A stretch of DNA of 64,000 nucleotides from a bacterium (GTDB taxonomy: Bacteria > Krumholzibacteriota > Krumholzibacteriia > LZORAL124-64-63), in contig JANOEP010000010.1 in NCBI GenBank assembly GCA_031441465.1, positions 1 to 64,000 on the forward strand. Direction: 5' to 3'. Below the pieces are notes generated by a model. That model saw only the letters and a program-made list of their open reading frames with translations. It was not told the origin of the DNA and did no database searches. A program made the position numbers and the translations under genes. Positions 50,776-59,665 of the stretch are shown here, piece by piece; the stretch's first letter is position 1, and every line of letters starts with the position of its first letter.

Positions 50776-51504
50776 ATGATCCATCTCAACTCCCTGACCC
50801 GCCGTTTCGCCGCCCTGACCGCCGTGGACTCTCTCACCGCCGCCATCCCAGCCGGCGCCATCACCGCGCTGCTCGGGCCCAACGGCGCCGGCAAGACCAC
50901 CACCCTGAATATGCTGACCACTCTGCTCGACCCCAGCGAGGGAACCGCGACGGTGGCCGGTCACGACATCCGCACCGACGGCCCCGCCGTCCGCCGCGCC
51001 ATCGGTTACGTGCCGGAGCACGGCGCGGTCTACGAAGGCCTGTCGGCCGACGAGTACCTCGACCTGTCCGGCCGCATCCGCGGCCTGTCGTCCGACGAGA
51101 TCCACCACCGCGCCACCCCCTTGCTTGATCGCTTCGACGTCGCTGAAGCCCGCAGCCGTCGCCTGGGCACCTTCAGCAAGGGCATGCTGCGCAAGATCCT
51201 GGTCACCGCCGCCCTGCTGCATCGACCCGCCGTGCTGTTCCTGGACGAGCCCATGGACGGCCTGGATGTCCGCAGCCAGAAGGAGCTGGCCGACCTGCTC
51301 GCGGAACTGGCGGCCGGCGGTACGTGCATCGTCTACTCCAGCCACGTCCTGCAGCAGGTCGAGGAGGTCTGCTCGCGCGTGCTGCTGATCCACGCGGGGC
51401 GGCTGCGCTGGGAGGGTTCGCTGGCGGATCTCCAGGCGGCCCACGCCGGTCATGACCTGCGCGACATCTTCCTCGAGCTGACCGCCGACGGGACCGCCCC
51501 GTGA
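50776..51504 (+). CDS. ABC transporter ATP-binding protein (exporter type)
   Basis: GPNGAGKTT, FSKGM, LFLDEP.DGLD, SSH. Confidence 0.92.
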   Translation: MIHLNSLTRRFAALTAVDSLTAAIPAGAITALLGPNGAGKTTTLNMLTTLLDPSEGTATVAGHDIRTDGPAVRRAIGYVPEHGAVYEGLSADEYLDLSGRIRGLSSDEIHHRATPLLDRFDVAEARSRRLGTFSKGMLRKILVTAALLHRPAVLFLDEPMDGLDVRSQKELADLLAELAAGGTCIVYSSHVLQQVEEVCSRVLLIHAGRLRWEGSLADLQAAHAGHDLRDIFLELTADGTAP

Positions 51505-53123
51505 GCGCGTTCCTGGACCGCCTGATCCGCTTGGCCGGGGGAGAGCCCGGCGCCGTGCGGCCCCTGACGCGGGCCCTGCGGCTGAACGCGAAGGGGCAGC
51601 ACTTGCTGCTGCGCGAGAAGAGCCGTCGCCAGAGCGTCATGTCGGCCGAAACCGTGCACCTGCTCGGTCTGGTTCTGGCCGGCTTGACGTCCGTGGTCCT
51701 GGTGCTGGTGATGGTCATGCTCCGCGACCTCGGCGAGCCGCCGCTGGCGGCGGTCGTCTTGTGCGGCGCCCACCTGCTGTTCCTGTTCACGTCCGTGGTC
51801 GGGCAGATCGTGCCGGCGCTGCTCTGCGACGAGGACGCGCGCGTGCTCGGCTGGTGGCCCCTGAAGCGCCGCGACGTGCTGCTGGCGCGTCTGGCCACCG
51901 TGCTGGTGCCCGCCCTCCAGACCACCCTGGCGCTGACTGCGGCGCCCCTGTTGGCCTTCCTGTTCACGGGACGCCCGCCCGTGGCGGCGATGCTGCTGCT
52001 GGCCCTGGCCGTCCTGCTGCAGACCCTGGTCGTGACCTTTGGGACCGCCGCCTTCACCGCCGGCGCGTCGCGCTCGCTGGGGCAGCGTCGCGCCCGTCGT
52101 CTGGCCGCCCTGGTCGTCGACAACAACCTCGCGATGCTGCCCTTTCTGGTGATGCCCTTCCTCCAACCCCTGGGGCGCTGGTTCAAGCTTCATCCCGGTG
52201 TGCTGGACTGGCTGCCCCCCGTCTGGTTCGCGGCCTTCGCCGCGCCGACCGGCGGCCTGCCGGCCCTCAGGGGCGTGGCGCTCGCGCTGTCGCTGTGCGT
52301 GATCGTCGGGGTGATCGGCTGGCGTTTCGCGAGCGGGGGGGGAGGCTCGCCGGCGACGGTCCCCAGCCAGGTGGCGAAGGTGCGTCGCCATCCGGCCGAT
52401 CTGCTGCCGTGGCTGCTGCGTCCCTGGATGCGCGGCCGCGAGGGCTGGGTCGTGCGCCGTCTGCTGGCCGCGCACCTGCGCGAGGACTGGCGTTTCGCCG
52501 GCAACCTGCTGATGATCGTCGTCGTGGACGCCGCCATGCTGTGGTACGCGACCCGGGCCCGCCACGCCGACCGGGACGTCGCCGAAACCATGCTGATGGG
52601 CGGCAGCCAGGTCCTGCTGCTGCTCGTCATGTCGTTGCCGTACTTGTCCACGTTCAGCAGCACGCCGCGCGCCCTGTGGATCGTGGCCTTGGCGGACCTG
52701 GATCCGGCTCGACTGCTGGCCGCCCAGCGCGGCATGGTACGGGGACTGGCCGTCGTGCCGGTCCTGGCGGTGTTCAGCGTGCGCTCCCTGCACTACGGCC
52801 TGGGACCGGAGTTCCTCGCGGTGGCGCTGCTTCTGCTGATCAGCGAAACCGAAGTGCTGCTGCTGATCTTCCAGTGGTTCCAGCCCGAGATGGCCTTCTC
52901 GCGCGAGTTCACGCGCGACCAGTCGTCCCAGGCCATCGTGCGCTGGTTCGCGCTGGCGGGCGTGATGGCGGCCACCATGATCGTCAACCTGCTGGCGGTC
53001 TCTTACCTGCCGGTCAGGTTCGGGCTGGTGGCGGGTTTCCCACTGCTGTTCTGGTTCCTGAGACGCCGCCTCGCCCGCAAGGTCGCCGGTGGGCGACTCA
53101 ACCTCGCCGAGATCTCCTGCTGA
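51501..53123 (+). CDS. Putative ABC exporter permease (multi-TM)
   Basis: Many hydrophobic segments in two halves; GTGA overlap with the ATPase gene. Confidence 0.7.
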   Translation: MSAFLDRLIRLAGGEPGAVRPLTRALRLNAKGQHLLLREKSRRQSVMSAETVHLLGLVLAGLTSVVLVLVMVMLRDLGEPPLAAVVLCGAHLLFLFTSVVGQIVPALLCDEDARVLGWWPLKRRDVLLARLATVLVPALQTTLALTAAPLLAFLFTGRPPVAAMLLLALAVLLQTLVVTFGTAAFTAGASRSLGQRRARRLAALVVDNNLAMLPFLVMPFLQPLGRWFKLHPGVLDWLPPVWFAAFAAPTGGLPALRGVALALSLCVIVGVIGWRFASGGGGSPATVPSQVAKVRRHPADLLPWLLRPWMRGREGWVVRRLLAAHLREDWRFAGNLLMIVVVDAAMLWYATRARHADRDVAETMLMGGSQVLLLLVMSLPYLSTFSSTPRALWIVALADLDPARLLAAQRGMVRGLAVVPVLAVFSVRSLHYGLGPEFLAVALLLLISETEVLLLIFQWFQPEMAFSREFTRDQSSQAIVRWFALAGVMAATMIVNLLAVSYLPVRFGLVAGFPLLFWFLRRRLARKVAGGRLNLAEISC

Positions 53124-53159
53124 TCGTCGCCCGGCCGCTTCGCCGACACCGGCGCACCG

Positions 53160-53915
53160 TCACTTCATCCCGACCCAGCGCCGCCAGCGCGGCCGTGCCT
53201 GCAACGCGATCTCATGCTCCACGCGCAGCAGCCCGCCGCCGGGCTCCAGCAACGCGTAGCCCTGCCAACTCTGCGGAAGTCCGAGGTAGCGGGTCCCGTC
53301 GCGTTCGCATTCGTGCCAGCGGTGATGATGCCCGAAGATCCACCAGCGCGGCTGTAGGTGCGCCGCCACGCGGGCCAGACCCGCCACGCCGGGAGAGCCC
53401 AGGTGCGCGAAGTCGACATCGCTGGTCACCCCGATGCCCGTGGGGCAGTCGTGGCTGATCACGATGTCGATGCTGCCCGGCGCGTGCTCCAGGCAGGCGC
53501 CGATGTCGCGGTCGCGGATCTCGCTGCCGCTCGGGGTCGACCAGGCGTCCATGTAGCGGGCGCCGCCGATGCACAGGAAGTTCCGTCCACCCAGACACTG
53601 CACGGTGGAACGCGGCAAGTGGGTGATGACGTCCGCGTAGTCGCGCACCAGGCGGTCGAAGGCGACGAAGTCCTCGTGGTTGCCCTCGATGAAGGCCACC
53701 GGGCGCGCGAATCTTCGGCGGTCTTGTCGGAAATGACGGTGCAGGTCGGCGCCGAACAGGCCGAAGTCGCCCAGGACCAGCACACGCTCGACGGAGCGGC
53801 CCAGCACCTCCTGGGCGTGCGCGATCTGGGCGTCGACGACGCCGAAGCGTCCGTGGACGTCGCTGATCAGCAGGAGGGAGTCCGCATCCCGGCCGGGACC
53901 TTCGGCGGCGTGCAT
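53160..53915 (-). CDS. Calcineurin-like metallophosphoesterase
   Basis: ISDVHG, LGDFG, EGNHED, ISHDCP, FGHHH. Confidence 0.9.
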   Translation of the reverse strand: MHAAEGPGRDADSLLLISDVHGRFGVVDAQIAHAQEVLGRSVERVLVLGDFGLFGADLHRHFRQDRRRFARPVAFIEGNHEDFVAFDRLVRDYADVITHLPRSTVQCLGGRNFLCIGGARYMDAWSTPSGSEIRDRDIGACLEHAPGSIDIVISHDCPTGIGVTSDVDFAHLGSPGVAGLARVAAHLQPRWWIFGHHHRWHECERDGTRYLGLPQSWQGYALLEPGGGLLRVEHEIALQARPRWRRWVGMK

Positions 53916-53920
53916 CGCGC

Positions 53921-55987
53921 TCAGGCCCCCTTGAACTCGTGGTCCAGCAAGGTCTGCAGCGTCTTGAGGTGCGTGAACACGGCCTTCAGGGTCTTGCGGG
54001 TCGCCGGATCGAGCGCGTCGGGTTCGAGCCGGTTGTCCGGCTCGAGGCGCCCGAGGATCCGCCGCGCCTGGTGCTGGAGACGGAGGTCCATCAGGAAACG
54101 GAAGGCTTCGCTGAGTTCGTCGGCGGTCTCGGCGCGCAGTTTGCCTGCTTCCGCCAGGGCGATCAATCGGTCGGCCGTGCCGGTGGCGGCGATCCCGTGC
54201 TGCAGGGCGCGCAACCGCACGTAGTCGACGATCTGCGCCATGACGCCCTTGACGTCGAAGGTCGCGCGGTCCGCTTCGCCCTTCTCAAGCGCGAAACCCC
54301 CGAATGTCCTGAGCGGCGGCTCGTACTGCAGCACGCTGCGCGCCAGCAGGTGCAGGAAGCGGGGCTCGCTCGCGATCTCGGTCGCCAGGTGCTCGCGCAG
54401 CGCGGCGGTGAGCCCGCCCTCGTCCAGGGCGCTGCGGAAGTCGAAGAAGATCGCCGCCTGCAGGAGATCCTCGGCTTCCAGGGTGTGGATCCAGCCGCCG
54501 AAGGTGTGCCGCCAGCCGGTGAGCGACTGGCAGCAGCGGGTCTCCCCGGACATGATGCCGCCCCGGCAGAAGGGGTAGCCTGCGGCGTCCAGGATCTCGG
54601 AGAGCCTGGCGCCCAAGCGCAGGAAGTAGGGCCGGGCCGCGGCTTCCGCGTCGGCGTCGAGGTCCGGGTAGATCAGGGCGTGGTCCTGGTCGGCCAACAA
54701 GCTCACTTCGGCCCGCCCCAGGCTCCCCATGAGCATGATGTCGAAGGCCGTGGGCGGCGGGCCCAGCTCGGCGACCGCCAGCTCGACGCCCTTGCGCACG
54801 GCCGCGTCGGCGTTCTGCGAGAGCATGCGGCTGACCTGCAGGGCGTCGGCCCCGTGGCTCATCATGAGGCTGGCCATGGTCGCCATGCGCCGGTTCGCCG
54901 CCGCCAGGTCCTCGCTGCTCTGCGCCGCGCGCAGGTCGAGTTCGCGCGGCTTGGCCAGACGGGTGGCCACGGCCATGAAGCCCGGCCGGCCCTGCAGGAC
55001 GACGCGCGACAGCGACAGCATGACCCGGACGGTGCCGCCGTCGCGGGTGATCAGTTCTGCCTCGTAACGGGTCGGCGCGCGCTCGCCGGCGGCCACCGCC
55101 TGCCAGTAGCGCCGACCGCTCTCCAGCTCCGCGGCCGTGGGCCGCACCAGGTCGCCGGCGTCCAGACCGGCGAGATCCGCTTGCTCGTAGCCCACGAGCT
55201 TCAACATGCTCGCGTTGGCGAAGAGCCCCTCGTCGCCGACGGACATGAAGATCGACTCGCCGGCCGACTCCACCAGCGAGCGGTACTTCTCCTCGGAAGC
55301 CAGCAGGGCCGCCGCCGTGCGCAGCCGGCCGCGCTCGGCCACGAAACTGGTCCGCAGCAGGAAGACCAGCAGCAGCGTCACCGCGGCCAGGATCAGCAGG
55401 GCCGCGGCCTGCAGGCGGCCGGTCACCGCCGCCACCTCGCGGTCGACGTCGTCGGTGTACACGCCGGTGCCGATGATCCAGCCCCAGGGCGCGAAGCCCT
55501 TGACGAAGGACAGCTTGGGCACGATGCGCGCGGGGTCGTCCTTCCACTGCCACATGTAGTCGACGTAACCGGCGCCGTCGCGGCGCACGAGGTCGACCAT
55601 CGCGACGAAGATCAGCTTGCCGTGCGGGTCGGCGAAGCCGGACAGGTCTTCGCCCTCGAGGTCGGGACGGTAGGGGTGGACGATCATCCGCGGCTGCAGG
55701 TCGTTGATCCAGAAGTAGTCCTTGCCCTCCTGGCCGTAATGGAGGCTGCGCACCTGCAGGACCGCGCCGGCCTGCGCCTGCTCCCGCGTCAGGCGGCCGG
55801 CGCGTTCCTCGGCCTCGAAGCGGGCCAGGATGTTCCAGGACGACTCGGTCAACTCGCGGATCATGAGCCGTTTCTGGTCCATCACCGCGCGGCTCAACGT
55901 GGGCAGGAAGTGGAAGAAGACGACCCCGGAGAACAGGCTGATGGCCAGCAGGGCGGGCAGGCCCGTGCGCAGCGCGAGACGCTTCAT
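53921..55987 (-). CDS. Membrane sensor: TM-sCache_2-TM-PAS-DUF294 nucleotidyltransferase-DUF294_C
   Basis: DYFWIND..MIVHP..DLEG..D..GK...YVDYMW..PKLSFV..WGWIIGTGVY (Cache); EEKYRSLVE..FAN...VGY (PAS); MGSLGRAE....DQD, GYPFCRGGIM, IFFDFR, FDVKG (DUF294/DUF294_C). Confidence 0.85.
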   Translation of the reverse strand: MKRLALRTGLPALLAISLFSGVVFFHFLPTLSRAVMDQKRLMIRELTESSWNILARFEAEERAGRLTREQAQAGAVLQVRSLHYGQEGKDYFWINDLQPRMIVHPYRPDLEGEDLSGFADPHGKLIFVAMVDLVRRDGAGYVDYMWQWKDDPARIVPKLSFVKGFAPWGWIIGTGVYTDDVDREVAAVTGRLQAAALLILAAVTLLLVFLLRTSFVAERGRLRTAAALLASEEKYRSLVESAGESIFMSVGDEGLFANASMLKLVGYEQADLAGLDAGDLVRPTAAELESGRRYWQAVAAGERAPTRYEAELITRDGGTVRVMLSLSRVVLQGRPGFMAVATRLAKPRELDLRAAQSSEDLAAANRRMATMASLMMSHGADALQVSRMLSQNADAAVRKGVELAVAELGPPPTAFDIMLMGSLGRAEVSLLADQDHALIYPDLDADAEAAARPYFLRLGARLSEILDAAGYPFCRGGIMSGETRCCQSLTGWRHTFGGWIHTLEAEDLLQAAIFFDFRSALDEGGLTAALREHLATEIASEPRFLHLLARSVLQYEPPLRTFGGFALEKGEADRATFDVKGVMAQIVDYVRLRALQHGIAATGTADRLIALAEAGKLRAETADELSEAFRFLMDLRLQHQARRILGRLEPDNRLEPDALDPATRKTLKAVFTHLKTLQTLLDHEFKGA

Positions 55988-56035
55988 CGCCGTGACCTGA
56001 CCGTCGACCTCATGCCGATGCCTCCGCGCCGGAGC

Positions 56036-57094
56036 CTACAGCAGGAACTGCACGCCCGCCAGCAGCTGGTTGGGACTGTCGCCGGTGCTGAATTCCACCC
56101 CGTAGCGGACTTTGTGCTTCAACCGGTAGTAGTGCAGGCCCGCCGTCAGGTCGGACGTCACGGCTCCGGAGTCGTGATCGATGACGGCGAACTTGCCCGT
56201 CACCTGCACGCGATCGCGGCGCAATCCCGACTCGACGAACCAGGTGTTGCCGTGAAAATTGATGTTGTCCCAGTCGTACCAGCCGGCATTGAGCGTGCCG
56301 AACATCCCACCCGTGACGAACCCGGATTGCATGTCGAGCACGAACGCCCGGCTGTCGATCGTCCAGCCGGGATTCGTGAGCGGCACGTAACCGGCGCGGT
56401 TGGCCCGCCTCTGGTAGTCGATCCCGGTGCCCAGCAGCAGGTACGGATCGCCGCCCAGGCGTTCCTGGCCGTGGAACCAAGCCGTGGGCGCGGTGCCCAC
56501 GGCCGCGAATTCCAGATGTCCGGTGAAGCGCGGCGCGGCCTCGGGATTCTTCGTCGTCCCGACCTCATACCCGTCGAACACGCCCGCACGGTAGGCGAAC
56601 CGCGGGCTGCACGAGCCGTGCAGCATCAGGCCCTGGTCGCGCCAGACGAAGGTGTTGGCCAGCTTGATCACCTCGGCGTTGTAGTCCAGCCCCAGCAGAC
56701 TCGCGGCCGAGGATGTGCTCTCGAAGGACAGCGGCAGCAGGATCAGCCCCGCCTCCAGCCAGTGGTCCCCCCGCAGGCGCAGGTCGACGAAGATGTCCTG
56801 CAGGTCGGTGGACACGCCGCCGGCGCTGGAGCGTCCGGCGTTGTCGTTGTCCGTCTCGGCGAAGACCTTCACGCCGTCGGCGATCTGGCCGCTGAAGATC
56901 AACCGTCCCCGGCGCAGGTACATGTCGTGGTCGACCTCGGCGCCCGCCACCGTCACGGCGTGGAACTGCCCCAGCAGGCTGAACTGCAGGTTGGCCCCGT
57001 CGTCGAAGTCCCAGCGGGGGCCGGCGAGCGCGGGCGCCGCCGCGACCGTCAGCAGCACCAGCATCGCCCGCAGCAGGAAGTCCGTCCTGGTCAT
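56036..57094 (-). CDS. Outer-membrane porin (OprO/OprP-like beta-barrel)
   Basis: Signal peptide, YLRRGRLIFSG, RDQGLMLHG, YRAGVFDG, alternating beta-strand pattern, C-terminal AGVQFLL. Confidence 0.7.
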   Translation of the reverse strand: MTRTDFLLRAMLVLLTVAAAPALAGPRWDFDDGANLQFSLLGQFHAVTVAGAEVDHDMYLRRGRLIFSGQIADGVKVFAETDNDNAGRSSAGGVSTDLQDIFVDLRLRGDHWLEAGLILLPLSFESTSSAASLLGLDYNAEVIKLANTFVWRDQGLMLHGSCSPRFAYRAGVFDGYEVGTTKNPEAAPRFTGHLEFAAVGTAPTAWFHGQERLGGDPYLLLGTGIDYQRRANRAGYVPLTNPGWTIDSRAFVLDMQSGFVTGGMFGTLNAGWYDWDNINFHGNTWFVESGLRRDRVQVTGKFAVIDHDSGAVTSDLTAGLHYYRLKHKVRYGVEFSTGDSPNQLLAGVQFLL

Positions 57095-57153
57095 CGCGCA
57101 CTCCTTATTCAGGAAGGAAGGGGGAACGCGGGCCGGCGAACCGGCCCGCGCCA

Positions 57154-59028
57154 TCAAGCTTCGACGGCGACCCGCCGGTTCTTCGTCGTCAGCGACACCA
57201 CGATCAGCGCCAGGAAGCTCAGCGGGATCGAGATGATCCCCGGCTGGCCCAGGGGGTGCCACGCCTGTTCGGCGGTCAGTCCGTACGGGCCCGCGAACAT
57301 CTCGGGCCCGGTCAGGATGATCCCGAGCGAGGAGACGATGCCCACGGTGATCGAGGCGACGATGCCCGCCGCGGTCGTCCGCTTCCAGAACAGCAGCATG
57401 AGGATCGCCGGCAGGTTGGCCGACGCCGCCACGGCGAAGGCCCAGCCGACCAGGAAGCTCACGTTGACCCCGCGGAACACGATGCCCAGCACGATCGCCA
57501 CGATGCCCACCGCGAACGCGGCCACCTTGCCGGCGCGCACCTTCTTCTCGTCGCTCAGGTGCATGCCGCCGTAGCGGTCCATCAGGTCGTGGGCCACCGC
57601 ACCCGAGGCGGCCACGATCAGACCGGCCACGGTGCCCAGCACGGTCGCGAACGCGATGGCCGAGATGATCGCGAACAGCACGCCGCCGAAGGACATCGCC
57701 AGCAGCGGCGCCGACATGTTGTTGTCCGCCGGGTTCACCGTGCCGTTGGTCGCCGCGCCGAGCCCCAGGAACAGGGTCAGGACGTAGAAGAAACCGATGG
57801 CGGCGATGGCCACGATGGTCGACTTGCGGGCGCACGCCGGGCTCGGCACGGTGTAGTAGCGGATCAGGATGTGCGGCAGGGCCGCGGTCCCGAAGAACAG
57901 GGCCAGCATCAGCGACACGAAGTTCAGCTTCTCGGTCGTGGTGTGCACCTTGAACTTCACGCCCGGTTTCATCTCGTCGGTACCCGAGACGGTCTTCGGG
58001 TAGTAGACCGCGAACTTGGCGCCGGTCTCGTCGGTCACGGCCTGCTTCTGCCACTGCTCGATGCGGGTGTCGGGATGGGTCAGGTGGGCGAGGAACGCCA
58101 GGGGACCCACCGGTCCCGTGCCGGCGGCGGCTTCCGCGGCGCTCAACCCGCCGATCTGCCGCAGGCGGCCGACGGGTGCCAGGACCCCGCCCGCCACGCC
58201 GTTGACCTGCCCCACGCCCGTCCACTGCGCCTGCCAGAGCGTGCCGTCGGCCTCGCGCTTCCACCAGCTGGCTGATCCGTCGCGGCCGTACTTCTGCAGG
58301 CTGCCGGCGGTGTGCATCAGCGCGAACCCCTGCTCCAGGAGCTGGCTTTCGGTGGTCTGCATGGTCGCGTCGCCGCCGGGGGCGCCGCCGTCGAGCCCCA
58401 CAGGCTCGGTGCTCAGCCCGCGCACGAGCACGAAACCGACCAGGATGGTCGAGAAGATCAGCAGCAGGCCGCCCTTGAGGAACTGCACGTACGTCGTGGA
58501 GGTCATGCCGGCGGCCGACACGATGACGATCACGATGACGCCCACCAGGATCACGCCCACCCAGTGGGGCAGGCCGAGCAGCGGTTCCACAAGCGAGCCG
58601 GCGCCGTTCATCTGCGGGATGAGGTAGCAGATCGACACCACCAGCGTGGAGATGGCCGCGGCCAGCTTGATGCCGCGGCTGTCGAACTTGGCGTCCAGGG
58701 CGTCGGTGAAGGTGAACTTGCCCATGCGCTTCATGGGTTCGGCCACCACGAACAGCGCCACGACCCAGCCGGCCAGGTAGCCGATGGAATAGAGGAAACC
58801 GTCGTAGCCGAGGGTGGCGATCATGCCGCAGATGCCCAGGAACGACGCGGCCGACAGGTAGTCGCCGGCGAAGCTGATGCCGTTGACCGCCCAGTGGATC
58901 TGCCCGCCGGCGGCGTAGTAGCCGGCGGCCGACTTCGCCTTGCGCGCGAAGAAGAAGCTCAGGAACAGCACCGCCGCGACGAACAGCGCGAAGATGACGA
59001 TGGACAGGGGAGTGCCGTGCAGGTTCAT
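57154..59028 (-). CDS. actP: Cation/acetate symporter (ActP-type, SSS family)
   Basis: YYAAGG.I...NG...AGDYLSAASFLG, TTYVQ..K, GTAALPHILIRYYTVP, AVAASANLP. Confidence 0.9.
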   Translation of the reverse strand: MNLHGTPLSIVIFALFVAAVLFLSFFFARKAKSAAGYYAAGGQIHWAVNGISFAGDYLSAASFLGICGMIATLGYDGFLYSIGYLAGWVVALFVVAEPMKRMGKFTFTDALDAKFDSRGIKLAAAISTLVVSICYLIPQMNGAGSLVEPLLGLPHWVGVILVGVIVIVIVSAAGMTSTTYVQFLKGGLLLIFSTILVGFVLVRGLSTEPVGLDGGAPGGDATMQTTESQLLEQGFALMHTAGSLQKYGRDGSASWWKREADGTLWQAQWTGVGQVNGVAGGVLAPVGRLRQIGGLSAAEAAAGTGPVGPLAFLAHLTHPDTRIEQWQKQAVTDETGAKFAVYYPKTVSGTDEMKPGVKFKVHTTTEKLNFVSLMLALFFGTAALPHILIRYYTVPSPACARKSTIVAIAAIGFFYVLTLFLGLGAATNGTVNPADNNMSAPLLAMSFGGVLFAIISAIAFATVLGTVAGLIVAASGAVAHDLMDRYGGMHLSDEKKVRAGKVAAFAVGIVAIVLGIVFRGVNVSFLVGWAFAVAASANLPAILMLLFWKRTTAAGIVASITVGIVSSLGIILTGPEMFAGPYGLTAEQAWHPLGQPGIISIPLSFLALIVVSLTTKNRRVAVEA

Positions 59029-59324
59029 GCTCCGGCCCCCTTCCCGCCGTGCCCGCCGGACATTTCACGTTCCTTGCGGGTGCAGAGGTGGTTGTAGAGG
59101 AGGGCCTGGGCCAGGGCGAAGACGATCAGCCCGAGACCGTAGACCACGGCGAGGTTGAGCCCGGCGAACACGATGGTCTGCATCGCGCGGCCTTCGGCGA
59201 CGACGCTCGTCAGGACGAACCCGGCGTAGACGACGCAGTAGATGATGAACATCACGACGCCCAGCCGGGTCTTGTAACCGCTGGCGGGATCCGGTCCGGA
59301 AGAGCGGGCTGGTCCGTGGAGCAT
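59025..59324 (-). CDS. DUF485 (YjcH-like) small membrane protein
   Basis: Two TM helices, YAGFV, GLNLAVVYG; ATGA overlap with actP. Confidence 0.85.
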   Translation of the reverse strand: MLHGPARSSGPDPASGYKTRLGVVMFIIYCVVYAGFVLTSVVAEGRAMQTIVFAGLNLAVVYGLGLIVFALAQALLYNHLCTRKEREMSGGHGGKGAGA

Positions 59325-59487
59325 CTTCCCTCCTAGGGTGATAGCGGAAGGCAGGGGAGGGGGCGCCGGATGCCGCCGGGCGCCACCCTTCGGTGCGCAA
59401 TTCGCGGAAACCTAACATGCTGTGAAAATATACACAATGAATTCGACGCAAGAACGTATCCGACCGGATCAGTGAACAGAGGTGACA

Positions 59488-59523
59488 ATACCGAGATCGG
59501 TATACAAAGACTAATTTAGTCTT
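59488..59523. promoter_or_regulatory. Two adjacent palindromes in an AT-rich divergent intergenic region (candidate operators)
   Basis: ATACCGA-GA-TCGGTAT (59488-59503) and AAGACTAA-T-TTAGTCTT (59507-59523). Confidence 0.5.
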
Positions 59524-59665
59524 GTTATATCGTCAGTGACGTGCTCCAATGACGGGCCATCCGATGTCTAGGCGTGATCCACCCGCTTCAACCGCACATC
59601 GGCCGGGAGGGCTCTGCGAAGCCCGGTCCTGCGATCCTGTATCCGCACGATGAAGGAGTACCTCG

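Noticed and set aside
56036..59068. 1010-aa minus-strand ORF as a single protein
   Set aside because: Only the part from ATG 57094 (with RBS and signal peptide) looks real; the upstream part overlaps actP out of frame
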